A DNA stretch of 64,000 bases, from NCBI GenBank assembly GCA_963575745.1, contig CAUYUJ010000179.1, positions 1-64,000 on the forward strand, given 5' to 3'. The translations under genes and the position numbers were made by a program. This DNA is from Prorocentrum cordatum. Its lineage: Eukaryota. Shown piece after piece: positions 13,780-26,830 of the stretch (its first letter is position 1; every line of letters starts with the position of its first letter). The notes beneath the pieces are model-generated. The model saw nothing but the letters and a program-made list of their open reading frames with translations, made no database searches and was not told the origin of the DNA.

Positions 13780-14510
13780 TGTGACAGTTTCACGGATGGA
13801 TGGGGGGGGGGTCGTTTTCAAAATGTGGTTATCGCCTCACCGCCGCAACTGTTTTGCGGATGGATGGGGAGGGGGCTTTGCAAAATTTGGCAAGTCTGTC
13901 ACCGTTTCACGGACAGAGGGTGGTGGTTTTCAAAATTGGTTCCCGCCGGAGTGTCGCGCGCAGCCTGCCCAATAGTTTGCAACAGCTCTACGGATGGAGG
14001 GTGGTTCTTTTTCAAATTTGTGTACTCGCTTTCGCGCCGCGCACATTCGTCTTCAAAGTGTACAGCAGTTTCACAGATGGAGGGCAGTTGGTTTTCAAAT
14101 TTGTGTTTCTGCTTTAGCGCCGCGCACACTCGCACTCGTCTTAAAACATTTTTAGTTATTTTAGGGAGGGGTGGGGGGCGTTTTCAAAATGTGGCTCTAG
14201 CCTTAGCGCCGCAACCGATTCACACATGCAGGGGGGTCGTTTTCAAAATGTGGCTCTCGCTTCAGCGCCGTGCACATTCGTTGTGCAAGTTTGCAGCAAC
14301 CTCAAGGATGAAAGGGGGTCCGTTTTCAAAATGTGGCTCTCCCCCTAGCGCCGCGCACATGCGTTTTCGAAAAGTGCAACAGCATGTCGTTTTCGAAATG
14401 GTGCTCTCGCCCTGGCGCAGCGTACGTGTAACTTACTACAAGTTTGCGAAAACTTCACGAGTGGAGGGAGGGTCCTTTTCAAAGTGGGGCTCTCGCCTTA
14501 GCGCCGCGAG
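13780..14510. repeat. Degenerate tandem repeat, unit about 70 bp
   Basis: Recurrent TTTTCAAAATGTGGCTCTCGC..AGCGCCGC. Confidence 0.8.
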
Positions 14511-14512
14511 CA

Positions 14513-14548
<36 letters not shown>

Positions 14549-15734
14549 TGTGTCAGACTTTTGGAATTGTTTCAAACTTTTGGAATTGTCAGGGAGGGCT
14601 TTCCCTCACAGCTGCTAATGGAATGTCCCGCTCTTTCTTCTCGCCCCACTAATGGCCCACATATTTCCCACTAATGGCCCGTTAGTGCCCCGCTAATGGC
14701 ACACTATTCGCTACACTGATGGCCCCGCTAATGGTGCACTAATGAATTTGGCCCACTCGTGACCCACTAATGGCATTGACCTGCTGCCCACCCATTCATG
14801 GCGCACGAGGCATGCGAGTCACTTTTGACACGCTAACGACCCACTAATGATATTCTACGGTTCGCTTCTTATTTGTTTTTCGCGTTGACGCGATTGCGAA
14901 GGCCATTATTGCCACATCAGGCGGTCATTAGCGTGCCATTCGCCAGGTCCGAATGTACTGTGAGGCAGGGCCCTTCATCATATTGGTTTCACGGGTTGAG
15001 CACTGGTCGTTTTCAAAATGGGGCTCTCGCCTCAGCGCCGCGCGCATTCGTTTTTGCATGCAGCGTTCGACAGGATGGACGGCTGCTTCTTTTTCCCGAC
15101 ACTTAGATATGGCCTGAAACTTCGCTCGGTTTCAAGGCCCGCAGCTTCAATTCACGCAGCGCTGCACGGATAAATGACGGCCACTTTCTGAAGCGGAGCA
15201 GTCGTTTGAAACATTGTCGAACATCATGATCACACGGGTAAGCTTTTGCAACAGTTAGATTGGAAAGAGGGAGTGCTTCTTCGAAAGGGGGATCTCGGAC
15301 ACCTCGCTGAACTGCGTGATTATTCGTGTTCACGTTCCTGATTACGGGCCAGACGGATGCAAGGCGATTCGTTTTCATAGCGGGGCAGTCGTCATATCGG
15401 CAGGCCCAATGGTGCTGTTACTTCAATGGGGGGGCGCTTTTTGTGTTGAAAAGGAGGACTTCTAATCAGGGGCGTATGGGGAATGGGCTTGGGACGGGAA
15501 GGTGCATGCAGCATCAACTATGCATCTGTGGTGTATTTTGGTCCTCCTCTTCTCCTCGTGCTATCTCCCCGCAATCCTGGTCCTCCTCCTTGTCGCCTTC
15601 GCCTCTTGATCCGTTTGCCCCTTGCTGCTGCTCTTCCGAACCTCCTCCGCTCCCCTGCTCGCCATCGTTCTCGTCTTCCTGCTGCTGCTCCTGCTCCCTC
15701 CCGAGTCGCTCTGGTCCGGCCGCGATCGGGGGAG

Positions 15735-15771
15735 GTCTCGCACTGGATATTGCCGAGGGACGGGGTGGTCT
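15735..15771 (+). CDS. NMT: N-myristoyltransferase exon c (3' boundary non-canonical, 15771-15773)
   Basis: AG|G acceptor. Encodes VSHWILPRDGVV(Y), matching NMT E-V-x-H-W-x-L-P-x-x-x-V-V-Y. Confidence 0.88.
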
Positions 15772-16389
15772 ATCCGAGCTGGCCGACGCCTTCCCGCTTC
15801 CTGGGGGCTGCTTCTGCGACGGGGGGGAGGCGGTGGGAAAATATTGGCAAGCAGAGGAAGAGGCGGAGGAGGAGGAGGAGGAGGAGGGGGAGGAGGAGGA
15901 GGAGAAGGAGGAGGAGGAGGAAGAGGAGAAGGAGGAGGAGGAGGAGGAGGAGGAGGGAGATCATGTTAGCCGCACATGCGGTGCAATCCAGCCAAGGGCT
16001 AGGAAAGCTCATGTGAGACTGGGGCGATGACTTCAAGGACCTGATCATTGCCCTTGGCATGGGAGGGATGCATTACCTCTCGAACTCGCTCTACATTTTC
16101 GTGGAGTTGGGCACTGCTTGGGCAACCTCGGCATTCCTCAGCAAGTTTGCCGAGCTGTCCCGATGCAGCCATGCATCCACAAGCCATGCACATGCGCAAC
16201 GTGTGCCTGCAGGGTGGGCCTGCTAATAGTGCACGACCGCCAACACTGCAGCCTGGCTGCGTCCACCAGCTCAGCTTGTCGGCGGGTGACAGGGGGAACC
16301 TGCTCATTAGCAGGATGGAACCTGCTCAGTAGCAGGAGGAGGAGGAGGAGGAGGAGGAGGAGGAGGGATCGCCACCTCAGGGGTGACAG

Positions 16390-16740
16390 GGGGGGACCTC
16401 ACTGTGGCCAAGCGGTCAGTACCTCTCGAGTACACGTGTGGACACTGTACAGGGCAGCTGGCATTACCGCCGGGCTGTGTCCTGGAAGTGCGTACGTATG
16501 GGGCGCATGTGTCAACTGTATGCAGGACCGCTGGCTCTGCCGCCTGGAGGTCAGTACCTCTTGAGTGCATGGGTAGCCAGCATTGCCTCCAGACTGTGCC
16601 CTGGATGTCGATATCTCTTGTGTGCCCGTTTGGAACGTGCGCCGAACCGCTAGCATTGCCTCCGGGCTGTGTCCAGGAGGTCCGTACCTCGTGCGTCCTC
16701 GTGCTGAGTGTGTTCAGGACCGCCATCATCAACGCTGGGC
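16390..16740. repeat. Degenerate copies of the 72-bp minisatellite family also found at 50600-51485
   Basis: GCATT[A/G]CC..CGGGCTGTGTCC[T/A]GGAGGTCAGTACCTC motif. Confidence 0.8.
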
Positions 16741-17359
16741 GTAGTCGTGGAGGTCAGTTCCACTTGTGTATCCTTATCATGCCGCCCCGCTGTTCCCGCT
16801 CCCGCAGGCTGACCTGATGGGCTGATCAGCTGTGCGAGCCAGGCGTCTTCAGATCATTCGTGTGATAGTGGTGCCCCTGTGCGTCTTCAGGTCATCCCTG
16901 CAGGGGGTGTAGAGCAACTTCGGCACAGTGAGCAGCAGGAGGAGGAGAAGGAGGAGGCTGAGGAGGAGAAGGAGGAGTGAGTAGCGATGAGCCAGGCGCG
17001 AAAACAAAGTCGGAGGGGGCGAAGTAGGATAATGAGCAACCGAAATAAGAGGACGAGCAGGGCAATTCATGTATGAGGAGGATCGAAACCACAGTAAACT
17101 GAATAATCCGAAGATGCATCAATTATACTGCAATGCGCCTGCCCGTCTTGAGCCCCCTCCTGTAAGTACGGGACGTGTCCGTTTGAGAATGAACGCCCCA
17201 TGGTCCTTCAATTCAGGCGAGAGCCCTGTCTATACATGTGCCGCCTTCATTCACAATGCATTTTCTCTAAAAGCGTTTGGATATAATCAGAGTGAGGGGG
17301 CCGAACGGCCATTCACTGTCCCTGGGTGGCTGAAGTGCGCTTCCGCGGTGCGGATTGTT

Positions 17360-17997
17360 GATGGTGTTGCTGCTGCTGTTGTTGTTGCTGTTGCTGCTGC
17401 TGTTGTTGTTGTTGTTGTTGTTGGTGTTGGTGTTGGTGTTGGTGCTGTTGCTTATTGTTGCCATTATTGTTGTAGTTGTTGTTGGTGGTGTGGTTGTTGT
17501 TGTGGTTGCTGTTACTGTTGCTGCTTCTGTTGCCGTTGTTGCTGTTGCTGTTGTTGCTGTCGTTGTTGTTGTCGTTGTTGCTGCTTCTGTTGTTATAACT
17601 GTGGCTGTTGTTGTGGCTTTTGTTGTTGTGGTTGTTGTTGCTGTGCTTGTTGTTGTTGTTGTTGTGGTTGTTGAACATTATTACTTCTAAAGAATAATTA
17701 TTGTTGGGCCCCCTGGTGCACGCCCCCCTCGCCGCGCCTAGGCCGCAACCACATTTTCATCATTTTCGTGAGGAAGTCTCAGGCAAAACGGGGGAGTCCG
17801 GATCCGGTTGTTTTGTTGACGCCCGCTTTCCCTGTCAAAAAACAATATAAAATGACATGTCTTGTTCTAACATAACCAAACTTCAAGAATCCCTTGCAAA
17901 AAATAAGGTAAAGTGGACATTCGCGCGCGCAAGACGAAATCCTTCCAAAACCTTAGTTTTCGTAACGATTTTAACATAAAAACATCAAAAAACAAAT

Positions 17998-18030
<33 letters not shown>

Positions 18031-19381
18031 GGTGTTTTGCGAGCAACTTTTTCGAACTTCTGCAACAACGGTTGCGCACCTGCCAGGGCCATCATCCCTG
18101 TCAAATAATACCATGCGGGACACATTCGTTTTTTCTTCGCGCGCGCACGCCGTCGTCGTCGGCCGCGGGGCCCTGAATAGTAGCCACGGTCGTCCGCATG
18201 CCACGAAGTGAAGTGTCCGAACGTCATAGGGCGGGAAGCTGGGTGTGGGTGGTGGCGAAGAGTCGTTTGGAAATTTGGTAGAGCTTGAACCGGCCCCCCC
18301 ACAAAGTGGGGGTATTGCCCGCCTCCTATGAAAACCCTGGCACTGGTGAGAACGGAGTGTCCCCACGTGCTAGTAATTGTTGTTGTTGTTGTTGAACATT
18401 ATTACTTCTAAAGAATAATTATTGTTGGGACCCCTGGTGCGCGACCCCCCCCAAAACCTAGGCCGCAGCTACATTTTCATCATTTTTTAGCGAAAGCTTC
18501 AGAAAAGTGAATTATTACCGGATCCGGTTTTTTGTTGTACTCCGTTTTCCCTTGCAAAAAACACTATAAAATGAAAATTCTTGTTCTTACTTGATCAAAT
18601 TGCAAGAATCTCTTGCAAAAAATAAGGTAAAGTGACATTCGTGCGCGCAAGACGAAATCCTTCCAAAACCTTAGGTTTCGTAACGATTTTAACATAAAAA
18701 CATCAAAAACCCAATGGTTTTTTAAGAAAAAATTGTCAAAATGTTCTTCCGCGCGCTCTTGCGGATTCGTAGGAAAACCAACACTTTTTAAACAATTCTG
18801 TCAAACGGGCTTTTGCGAGCAACTTTTTCGAACTTCTGCGACAACGTTTGCGCACCTGCCAGGGCCATCATCCCTGTCAAATAATACCATGCGGGACATA
18901 TTCGTTTTTTCTTCGCGCGCGCACGCCGAAATCTCCAAAAATCATTGGGTTTTTAAGAATTTTTAGCACCGCGCATCATAAAATCACACGAATCGCACCG
19001 TAGCTCTCCTCTGGCTCTCTGTCTTGCTCTCTCTCTCTCTCTCTCTCTGTCTCTCTGTCTTGCTCTCTCTCTCTCTCTGTCTTGCTCTCATATCATGCGC
19101 AACAAATGCACGATGCGGGGCACATGCGGGGCCCAAACAAGTGATTAACCTCTGCGGGTGTGTACTCCACGCCAGTGTAGTATCCACGATCGTCCGCGCG
19201 CCACGAAGTGAAGTGTCCTGACGTCATAGGGCGGGAAGCTGGGTGTGGGTGGTTCCCGAGAGTCGTGTGGATGTTTGGTAGAGCTTGCATTGCCCCCCCA
19301 CGAAGTGGGGGTATTGGCTGGCGTCGCATGAAAACCCTGGCACTGGGGAGAACACTGAGCGTTCGGGTAAAATGAGTTACG

Positions 19382-19419
<38 letters not shown>

Positions 19420-20949
19420 GAACATTATTAATTCTAAAGAATAATTATTGTTGGGGCCCCTGGTGCGCGCCCCCCCCGCCGCGCCTAGGCCGCAGCCACA
19501 TTTTCATCATTTTCGTGAGGAAGTCTCAGGCAAAACGTGGGTGTCCGGATCCGGTTGTGTTGTTACGATCGGTTTTCCCTTGCAAAAAATATGGCAAAGT
19601 GGACATTTCTTGTTCTAACATAACCAAACTTCAAGAATCCCTTGCAACAAATAAGGTAAAGTGGACATTCGCGCGCGCAAGACGAAATCCTTCCAAAACC
19701 TTAGTGTTCGTAGCGATTTTAACATAAAAACATCAAAAAACCAATGGTTTTTCAAAAACAAAGTGTCAAAATTTCATCCCGCGCGCTCTTGCGGATTTGT
19801 AGGAAACCCAACAATTTTTAAACATTTCTGTCAAACGGGCTTTTGCGAGCAACTTTTTCGAACTTCTGCAACAACGGTTGCGCACCTGCCAGGGCCATCA
19901 TCCCTGTCAAATAATACCATGCGGGACACATTCGTTTTTTCTTCGCGCGCGCACGCCGTCGTCGTCGGCCGCGGGGCCCTGAATAGTAGCCACGGTCGTC
20001 CGCATGCCACGAAGTGAAGTGTCCGAACGTCATAGGGCGGGAAGCTGGGTGTGGGTGGTGGCGAAGAGTCGTTTGGAAATTTGGTAGAGCTTGAACCGGC
20101 CCCCCCACAAAGTGGGGGTATTGCCCGCCTCCTATGAAAACCCTGGCACTGGTGAGAACGGAGTGTCCCCACGTGCTAGTAATTGTTGTTGTTGTTGTTG
20201 TGGTTGTTGCTGTTGTGGTTGTGGTTGTGGTTGTGGTTGTGGTTGTGGTTGTTGTTGTTGTTGCTGTTGTTGTGTTTGTTGTTGTCGTGATTGTTGTGAT
20301 TGTTGTTGTCGTTGTTGTTGGTGGTGTGGTTGTTGTTGCTACTGTTGTTGTTGAATTCTCATTCCTGAAGAATAATTATTGTTGATCCCCCCCACTGGTG
20401 CATACTGTTTTTCTCAATCAAAGTGTGCCCCTCGACGCTCGCACCCTGTTTTTTGACAGGGGAAGTCTTGATGCTCAAACTGGGCCCCTGGCCCCCGGGT
20501 TACAACAACAACAACGGCTCCCGCCTGAGGCTTCCTTGCAATTTAGCCAAGACCCCCGCTCCCGCCCGAGACTTCCTCGCATTTGATTTAGGAATCGCGC
20601 TCTCGCTAGGAACTTCTTTTAATTTATTCAGGAATCGCTCTCCCGGCGCTCTGGAGTCGCGCTCTCGCTGGAGACTTGCTTGCAATTTACTGAAGAATGG
20701 CCTTGCGTTGGAATTTCCTGCAATTTACCCCGCTGTCGCCATTTGGGTCCCCCTCACTGTCCTACGTGGCCCAGTTGCTACCCTCAGTGGCCCCATAGTT
20801 GCCTTCTGTGGCCCCGCATTATCTGCACTTCGTGGCCCCCGCTCGTTCGCGCTCTTCGTGGCCCCATACGCATCCCTTCGTGTCCCCGCTGTCGCCCTTC
20901 GTGGCCTACTTTGTGCCCTTCGTGGCCCTGTTGTCGTTCTCTCTCGCTC
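17360..20949 (-). repeat. Head-to-tail array of 0.7-1 kb repeat modules separated by (GTT)n
   Basis: Shared start (GTT)n-GAA...AAGAATAATTATTGTTG at about 17671, 18392, 19418 and 20351. Confidence 0.85.
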
Positions 20950-21049
20950 NNNNNNNNNNNNNNNNNNNNNNNNNNNNNNNNNNNNNNNNNNNNNNNNNNN
21001 NNNNNNNNNNNNNNNNNNNNNNNNNNNNNNNNNNNNNNNNNNNNNNNNN
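20950..21049. other. Assembly gap (100 N)
   Basis: N run. Confidence 1.
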
Positions 21050-21700
21050 TCATTCGCGGAATCGAATATCCATCCGATCCAGCACTAGCGCGCGCTGGGA
21101 GAACGGATGCCTGTCGGCTTGCTGCTGACAGGCACGCCGATATCGGCAACAAGCCGCGCTGCTGCTTTAAGGGGGGTCCAAGCAAGATCCTCGGCGAACC
21201 CTTCGCTGAACATATCGCCAACGAAATCGAGAAGGTCAACGTCGCATGACAAACGTAGAAGCCGAAGAAGTTCTTTGATGCTAGCGTCATTGATTCCTGA
21301 TGCTGGGGCGAGTCCGAAAGGGGTGAATTCATATCGCCCAAACTGTTGGCGCGTTGCACAATAGAAACCCAGGAGGTCGGCGTCGACTGGATTCCCCTTT
21401 TTATAAAGATATAATAAATAACTAATATTTTTTGTTGGAAAAAAACTGGAGGTCGATGGCGAGCGTGAAGCTGCCGTGCCGGACGCGCGACACAGCCATG
21501 TCCAATGTTCCGTAGGCGACCCCAACTTCAGGGGGCCGTTCATTCACGCGACCTCTCCGGAGGTATAAAATGAATCTTGCCATCGTTCTTGCTCGGGCGC
21601 AGAATCATCGACGCCCCCCCCCTTGGCTTCGAAAGCAAATTGCAAGGATTGATGTTCAACTGCGGTGGGCGCGGCTGACCCCGAGGAAACATGCGCACTT
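21050..21700 (-). pseudogene. Degenerate reverse transcriptase fragment, DIRS/LTR type
   Basis: Minus-strand peptides INPCNLLSKPRGG, RYEFTPFGLAPA, LDFVGDM (degenerate [Y/F]xDD) and LVADIGVPVSSK occur in the usual RT order. Truncated by the N gap. Confidence 0.55.
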
Positions 21701-24094
21701 TGCCCAGACGCCCCAGTCTGTTCCCCTCGGCCTCCGCCCAGGAATCGCCGGCGGCAAGCGAGGGATGATTCGGGGCGCGCTTTGGCGCTCTAGCGGACGG
21801 CGCCCGAGGGCTGCTAGTTGTTGCGCCCCGGTGCGCGCTGCGACAGCGCGCGGCGCGACGCAGACGCACAGTTCCGTGCCGCTCTGCGCGAGCGGACGGC
21901 ACCTGAGCGTCGCAGGGTTGCTTTTGTGACGTAAAGGTCCGCGCTGCGCTGGCGCAAGCTGGCCGTCGCGCAGCGCGACCGGAGCGCGCGTCGACAACGG
22001 GCGCAGATCTCGGCGGCGTGGGGGCGATCAAACCTTCAACCGGGGGGCCGCAAGCGCGCGGCACCACCCCCCGGGCCTGCGCGCGTAGAGGCAATGAAGA
22101 GAGGATGGAAGGTAGAAAAAAAAGGGTATCCGCGAAAACCTCGTTTCCCGAATGCAGAGCCTCCTCAGAAACTACGCTTCCCGTTTTTCGGCGTCCCCAC
22201 GCCCCATGATGGCCCAAGAGCCCTTCAAGAGGGCCCAAGAGGGCGCACGAGGCCCAAGAGGACTCCAAGATGGCCCAAGAGGCCTCCAAGACAGCCCAAG
22301 AAGGCCCCAAGAGAGGCCCCAGGGGAGGAACACGCAACAACAGTTCGAGCCCTCGGCCCTGAGAAGCCCCAGGAATCCCCAAGAGGCTCCTCAGAGGCCC
22401 CAAGAGTCCCCCAACAGGCCCTCAGGAGGCCTCCAAGAGGCCCGCAAGCGCCCCCAGGAAGCACCCCATATGCCCCCGCGAGCACGCAAGCAAGTGCCAA
22501 CGACCCGACGCGTTTAAGAGTTCCTAAGAGGCCACCAAGAGGCCTCCCGAACGAGCTCCCGCAGGCAAAACGCTTCCAGACGGCCCGCGACGCATTCAAA
22601 ACTCCCCCAGTGGCCACCAAGAAACCTCACATGCCGAACGCAAGGCCTGATAAAAACACCCGCCGCCCCTGCAGTTCCGCACCGCGAAAAACCACTCGGT
22701 CAGTCGTCAACGGCACGCAATTATGAGCCGGCGGAATGAGCGAAGCGATTCAATAATCACCAACTTCGGAGAACGCGTCTCAGCGTCCAGGCCAATCAAG
22801 CTTACCCAAATACTCACATGGGGATGCCACCACGCATCTGCGAAGGCCCAACAACAGTAAAAACGCCTCACAGAGCCCACTAGGCCCAAGACGGCCTCCA
22901 TCCAACACCTCGTCACCCCACGAGAACCCAAACAACTGCGACTGCATCGTGAACCCCCCAGGCTGTCCGAACGTAGTGCCACGAAACGCTGCGCATACAG
23001 GAAGAGAAGAGGGAAACACGCAAGAAGGCGAGGTCGCGCCTGGGGGGCGCCCCCGCCGGCATGGGCTGCTGTCGTAGGCAACAGGCAGAAGAATACAGCA
23101 CCGGGTGGGGACCCGAATTTCGGCCACGCCGCCGTTGCTGATGCTGCTGCCCATGCCTCCGACGGCGATCCAACGTGGCCCCTGGAGCTCTGGAACCCTT
23201 GCGTGGCCTTCTTTCTATCCGGAATTGCTGTCTGCCAATCGTACGGCCTGAAAACGGCCCTTGGACGTCGGAATCGGTGCGAAAACTAACCATTGCTTTT
23301 CAATGCGCTAGAGGTATGGGTTTTCCTCCTACTCCTCCGAGTTTCCTTCCTGCGTCTCCACGTCTCTTGGGGGTGATAAAGACGGCGCTGCCACCCCCTG
23401 CTGCTGCATGTGGCTGCTTCTTCTCCTTCTCCTTCGTCTTTGGCCCCTTTCCTTTTTATTTTCTCACCTCCTGCTCCATTTCCGCCTCCACCGTCTTCGT
23501 ACCTTCTGCATCCTCCCCCTTCCGCCTCCTACACCTTCTTCCGCCTCCTCAGCCCGCATCCCTGCTCCACTCCTCCTCCGTATCCGCCTTCTCATCATTC
23601 TCCTCCTCCTGCTCCTAGTCTTCTACCCCTCCTCCTTCTCCTCCTCCTCCTCCACTGTTTTCGTTCTCCTCCTCCTCCTCCTCCTTCTCCACCGTTTTCG
23701 TCCCATCAGACCTTCTCCCTTCTCCTTCGCCGACAGGTGACTCCAGAGGCCCCTGGGGGTCCCCAGCGACTCCTGGACGTCCCTGGAGGCCACAGAGGAC
23801 TCACAATCAAAAAAATACGCAAACAATAGTCCCAAGATTATCGTTGATTATTTTTGAACATTCCTCCTGTAGAGGGACAGGCCCGACTTAGACCTCGACC
23901 CTCAATCTTCGAACTTCGATCCTCCTCCACCTTCCCTTCCCCTCCCCTGGGGGCTTCCCCGTTCCCCTCGTCCCCAAGGCCTGGTGGACCACAATCGGCG
24001 CGGGGGCGCGCCGGGCGATCCTGCGCAAGAAGAGTCAAGGCTCGGGTGGAAGGAGCAGCAGCAGGAGGCGGAGGAAAACAAGAAATATATTGAA

Positions 24095-24212
24095 CAAACC
24101 CACACACGCACACGCACACGCACACGCACACCCACAACAACATGCACACGCACACGCGCACGCACACGCACACGCACACGCACACGCACACGCACGCGCA
24201 CACGCACACGCA

Positions 24213-24278
<66 letters not shown>

Positions 24279-24580
24279 CACGCCCACGCCCACGCCCACG
24301 CCCACGCCCACGCCCACGCCCACGCCCACGCCCACGCCCACGCGCACGCCCACGCCCAGGCCCACGCCCACGCCCGCGCCCACGCCCACGCCCACGCCCA
24401 CCCCACCCCCACGCCCCGCCCACGCCCCACGCCCACGCCCACGCCCACGCCCACGCCCACGCCCACGCCCACGCCCACGCCCACGCCCACGCCCACGCCC
24501 ACGCCCACGCCCACGCCCACGCCCACGCCCACGCACACACACACACACACGCACACACACACACACGCACACACACATAC
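24095..24580. repeat. Hexamer microsatellites (CACACG)n, (CCGACG)n, (CCCACG)n
   Basis: Direct reading. Confidence 0.95.
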
Positions 24581-24581
24581 A

Positions 24582-25460
24582 CATACCTATACGACCACCC
24601 TGCGGGTGATAAGGAGGTTGGGGGGGGTAGGGGCCCAGCAATGGGCAACAGTGGTGAATGTTGTTGTGACAGTGCCAGAGGATAGTTGCGTTGCCGCTCG
24701 CTCTTGGGAGCGTTGGTGTCGAGTTGTTTACGTCACCCTTCGCTCTTTGGCGCCTTGGTACCATTCGGCCCTCCCCCTGGGAACCTGCCCAACTTGCGCA
24801 ACGGCAGCTAACGGCGCCATTTGGCCACAGAAGACTGAAGCGCTGGCAAAGCTTGGCGCAGCCCGCGCCCCCTCTTGCACTATCGATCTCACTATCGATC
24901 TCTTTATCGGTCTCACTCATCGATCTCACTCGATCAATCTCACCATCATCTCATGCCACGGAAGGGAATCATTTGGTCCGGCCGCGCCTCAGCCACACGG
25001 CCACCATCAACAAATTTAAAAACTTCAAAAAATAAAAATCCACATAGAAATAAAAACCAGAGTCAAACATAAAACACCAATAAATCAGGCCAAGGGCCTC
25101 GTTCAGCAAGCGGACACCGGCGGGGTCCGCGGCACCGCTGGGCCCCGGCCGCCCTGAAGGGCAAGGGGGGAGGGAAGGGGGGATCATTTGTCCGGCCCGG
25201 CCGCGCCTGCGCCTCAGCCCACGTGGAACACCAAGCAACCACGTCCAAGAACACAAAAACAAAACAAAAAATAAGCAGCCAGCGGGACACCGGCGGGACA
25301 CCGCGGGCCCCCGGCCGCCCGGAAGGGAGACATTTGGTCCGGCCGCGCCTCAGCCACAGGAGACTTTCTCTCGCACGGCACGCACGAACACGAAACCGAA
25401 ATCGATTTCCCGGTAGGGGGGCTCTCCGTTCCACTTCGATCTCACCCCCCAACCTCCGAC
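24582..25460. repeat. Composite dispersed repeat, copy 2
   Basis: Shares both termini and the GGAAGGGAATCATTTGGTCCGGCCGCGCCTCAGCCAC blocks with 10397-11893. Confidence 0.7.
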
Positions 25461-25484
25461 ACACAGACACACACACACACACAG

Positions 25485-25525
<41 letters not shown>

Positions 25526-26084
25526 CGCACGCACACCATCCAGCGCGGCACGTTCTCCACACAGCAGGGGTTGCGCGCATACCGTACAACGCGGCACATT
25601 CTCCACACAGCAGGGGTGCGCAAGGGGTGGTCCCTGAGCGCGGCGTCTATGCGGGCCAGGGCGCATCCTGTGCGGAACGACGCTCTTGTTCCCCATGTGT
25701 TCCGTGGGGTTATAGTGTTCCTCCCACCCGCGTCGCACCCGCGTCTCACTCACCCACCTGCCTCTATTGTCCCCTCTTCCTCTTCCTTCCTCCCTTCCTC
25801 GCCGCATCCACACGCAACACATGCACGGCACCTACATGAGACACGCGTCGGCATACAGCCGCACACACACGTACACACACCATGCAACGATAGTGCACAC
25901 CTGGCGTGTTCACTGCATCGTACACCAAAGACGTGTGCACCAGATAATGCGCACCCACATGAGACACACGTCCAAATACAGCCCGGCACACAATATACAA
26001 ACACACGCGACACGCAGGCGCAGACCTACTCACTCACATTTCACATGGCGCACACACCACACAACACAGACGCCCAAGACTCGC

Positions 26085-26830
26085 AGGGCGTGGCAGGCGT
26101 GGCATCTGTTCGACACCCGAGGGGGCGTGCAGGGGGTGGTCCCTGAACACGGCCTCTATGCGGGCCATAGCGCAGGGTACGACAAGCACGGCACGTTCTC
26201 GACACCAGCGGTGGTGCTCGGGGGCGGTCCCTGAACGCGGAATTTATGCGGGCCATGGCGCTGGGCACGGCAGGCGTGGTAACTCCTCAACACCAGAGGG
26301 TGTGTGCCAATGGTCCCTGGGCGCGGTCCCTATGCGGGCCATGGCGCAGAGCACAGCAAGCGTGGCACTTTGTCGACACTAGAGGGGGTGCGCGGGCGGT
26401 AGTCCCTGAGCGCGGTCTCTATGCGGGCCGTGGCGCAGGGCACGGCAGGAATGGCACTTTCTGGACACGAGAGGGGGCGCGCAAGAGAACTTCCTCAGCG
26501 CGGTCTCTATGCGGGCCATGGCGCAGGGCACGGCAAGTATGGCACTTTCTTGGCACCAGGGGGAGTGCGCGGGGAATGTTCCCTGAGCGCTGCCTCTATG
26601 CGGCCCATGTCGCAGGGCACGGCAGGCGTGGCACTTTCTCGACACCAGGGGTGGTGCGCGGGGGGGGGGTCCCTGAGCGCGGCCTCTATGCGGGCCATGG
26701 CGCAGGAAACGGCAAGCACGGCACGTTCTCGACACCAACGGTCGTGCGTGGGGGGTGGTTCCTGAGCGCGGCCTTTATGCGGGCCGTGGCGCAGGGTATT
26801 GCAGGCGCGGCACTTTCTCGACACCAGGGG
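26085..26830. repeat. Minisatellite, unit about 89 bp, about 8 copies
   Basis: CCCTGAGCGCGGCCTCTATGCGGGCCATGGCGCAGGGCACGGCA recurs. Confidence 0.9.
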
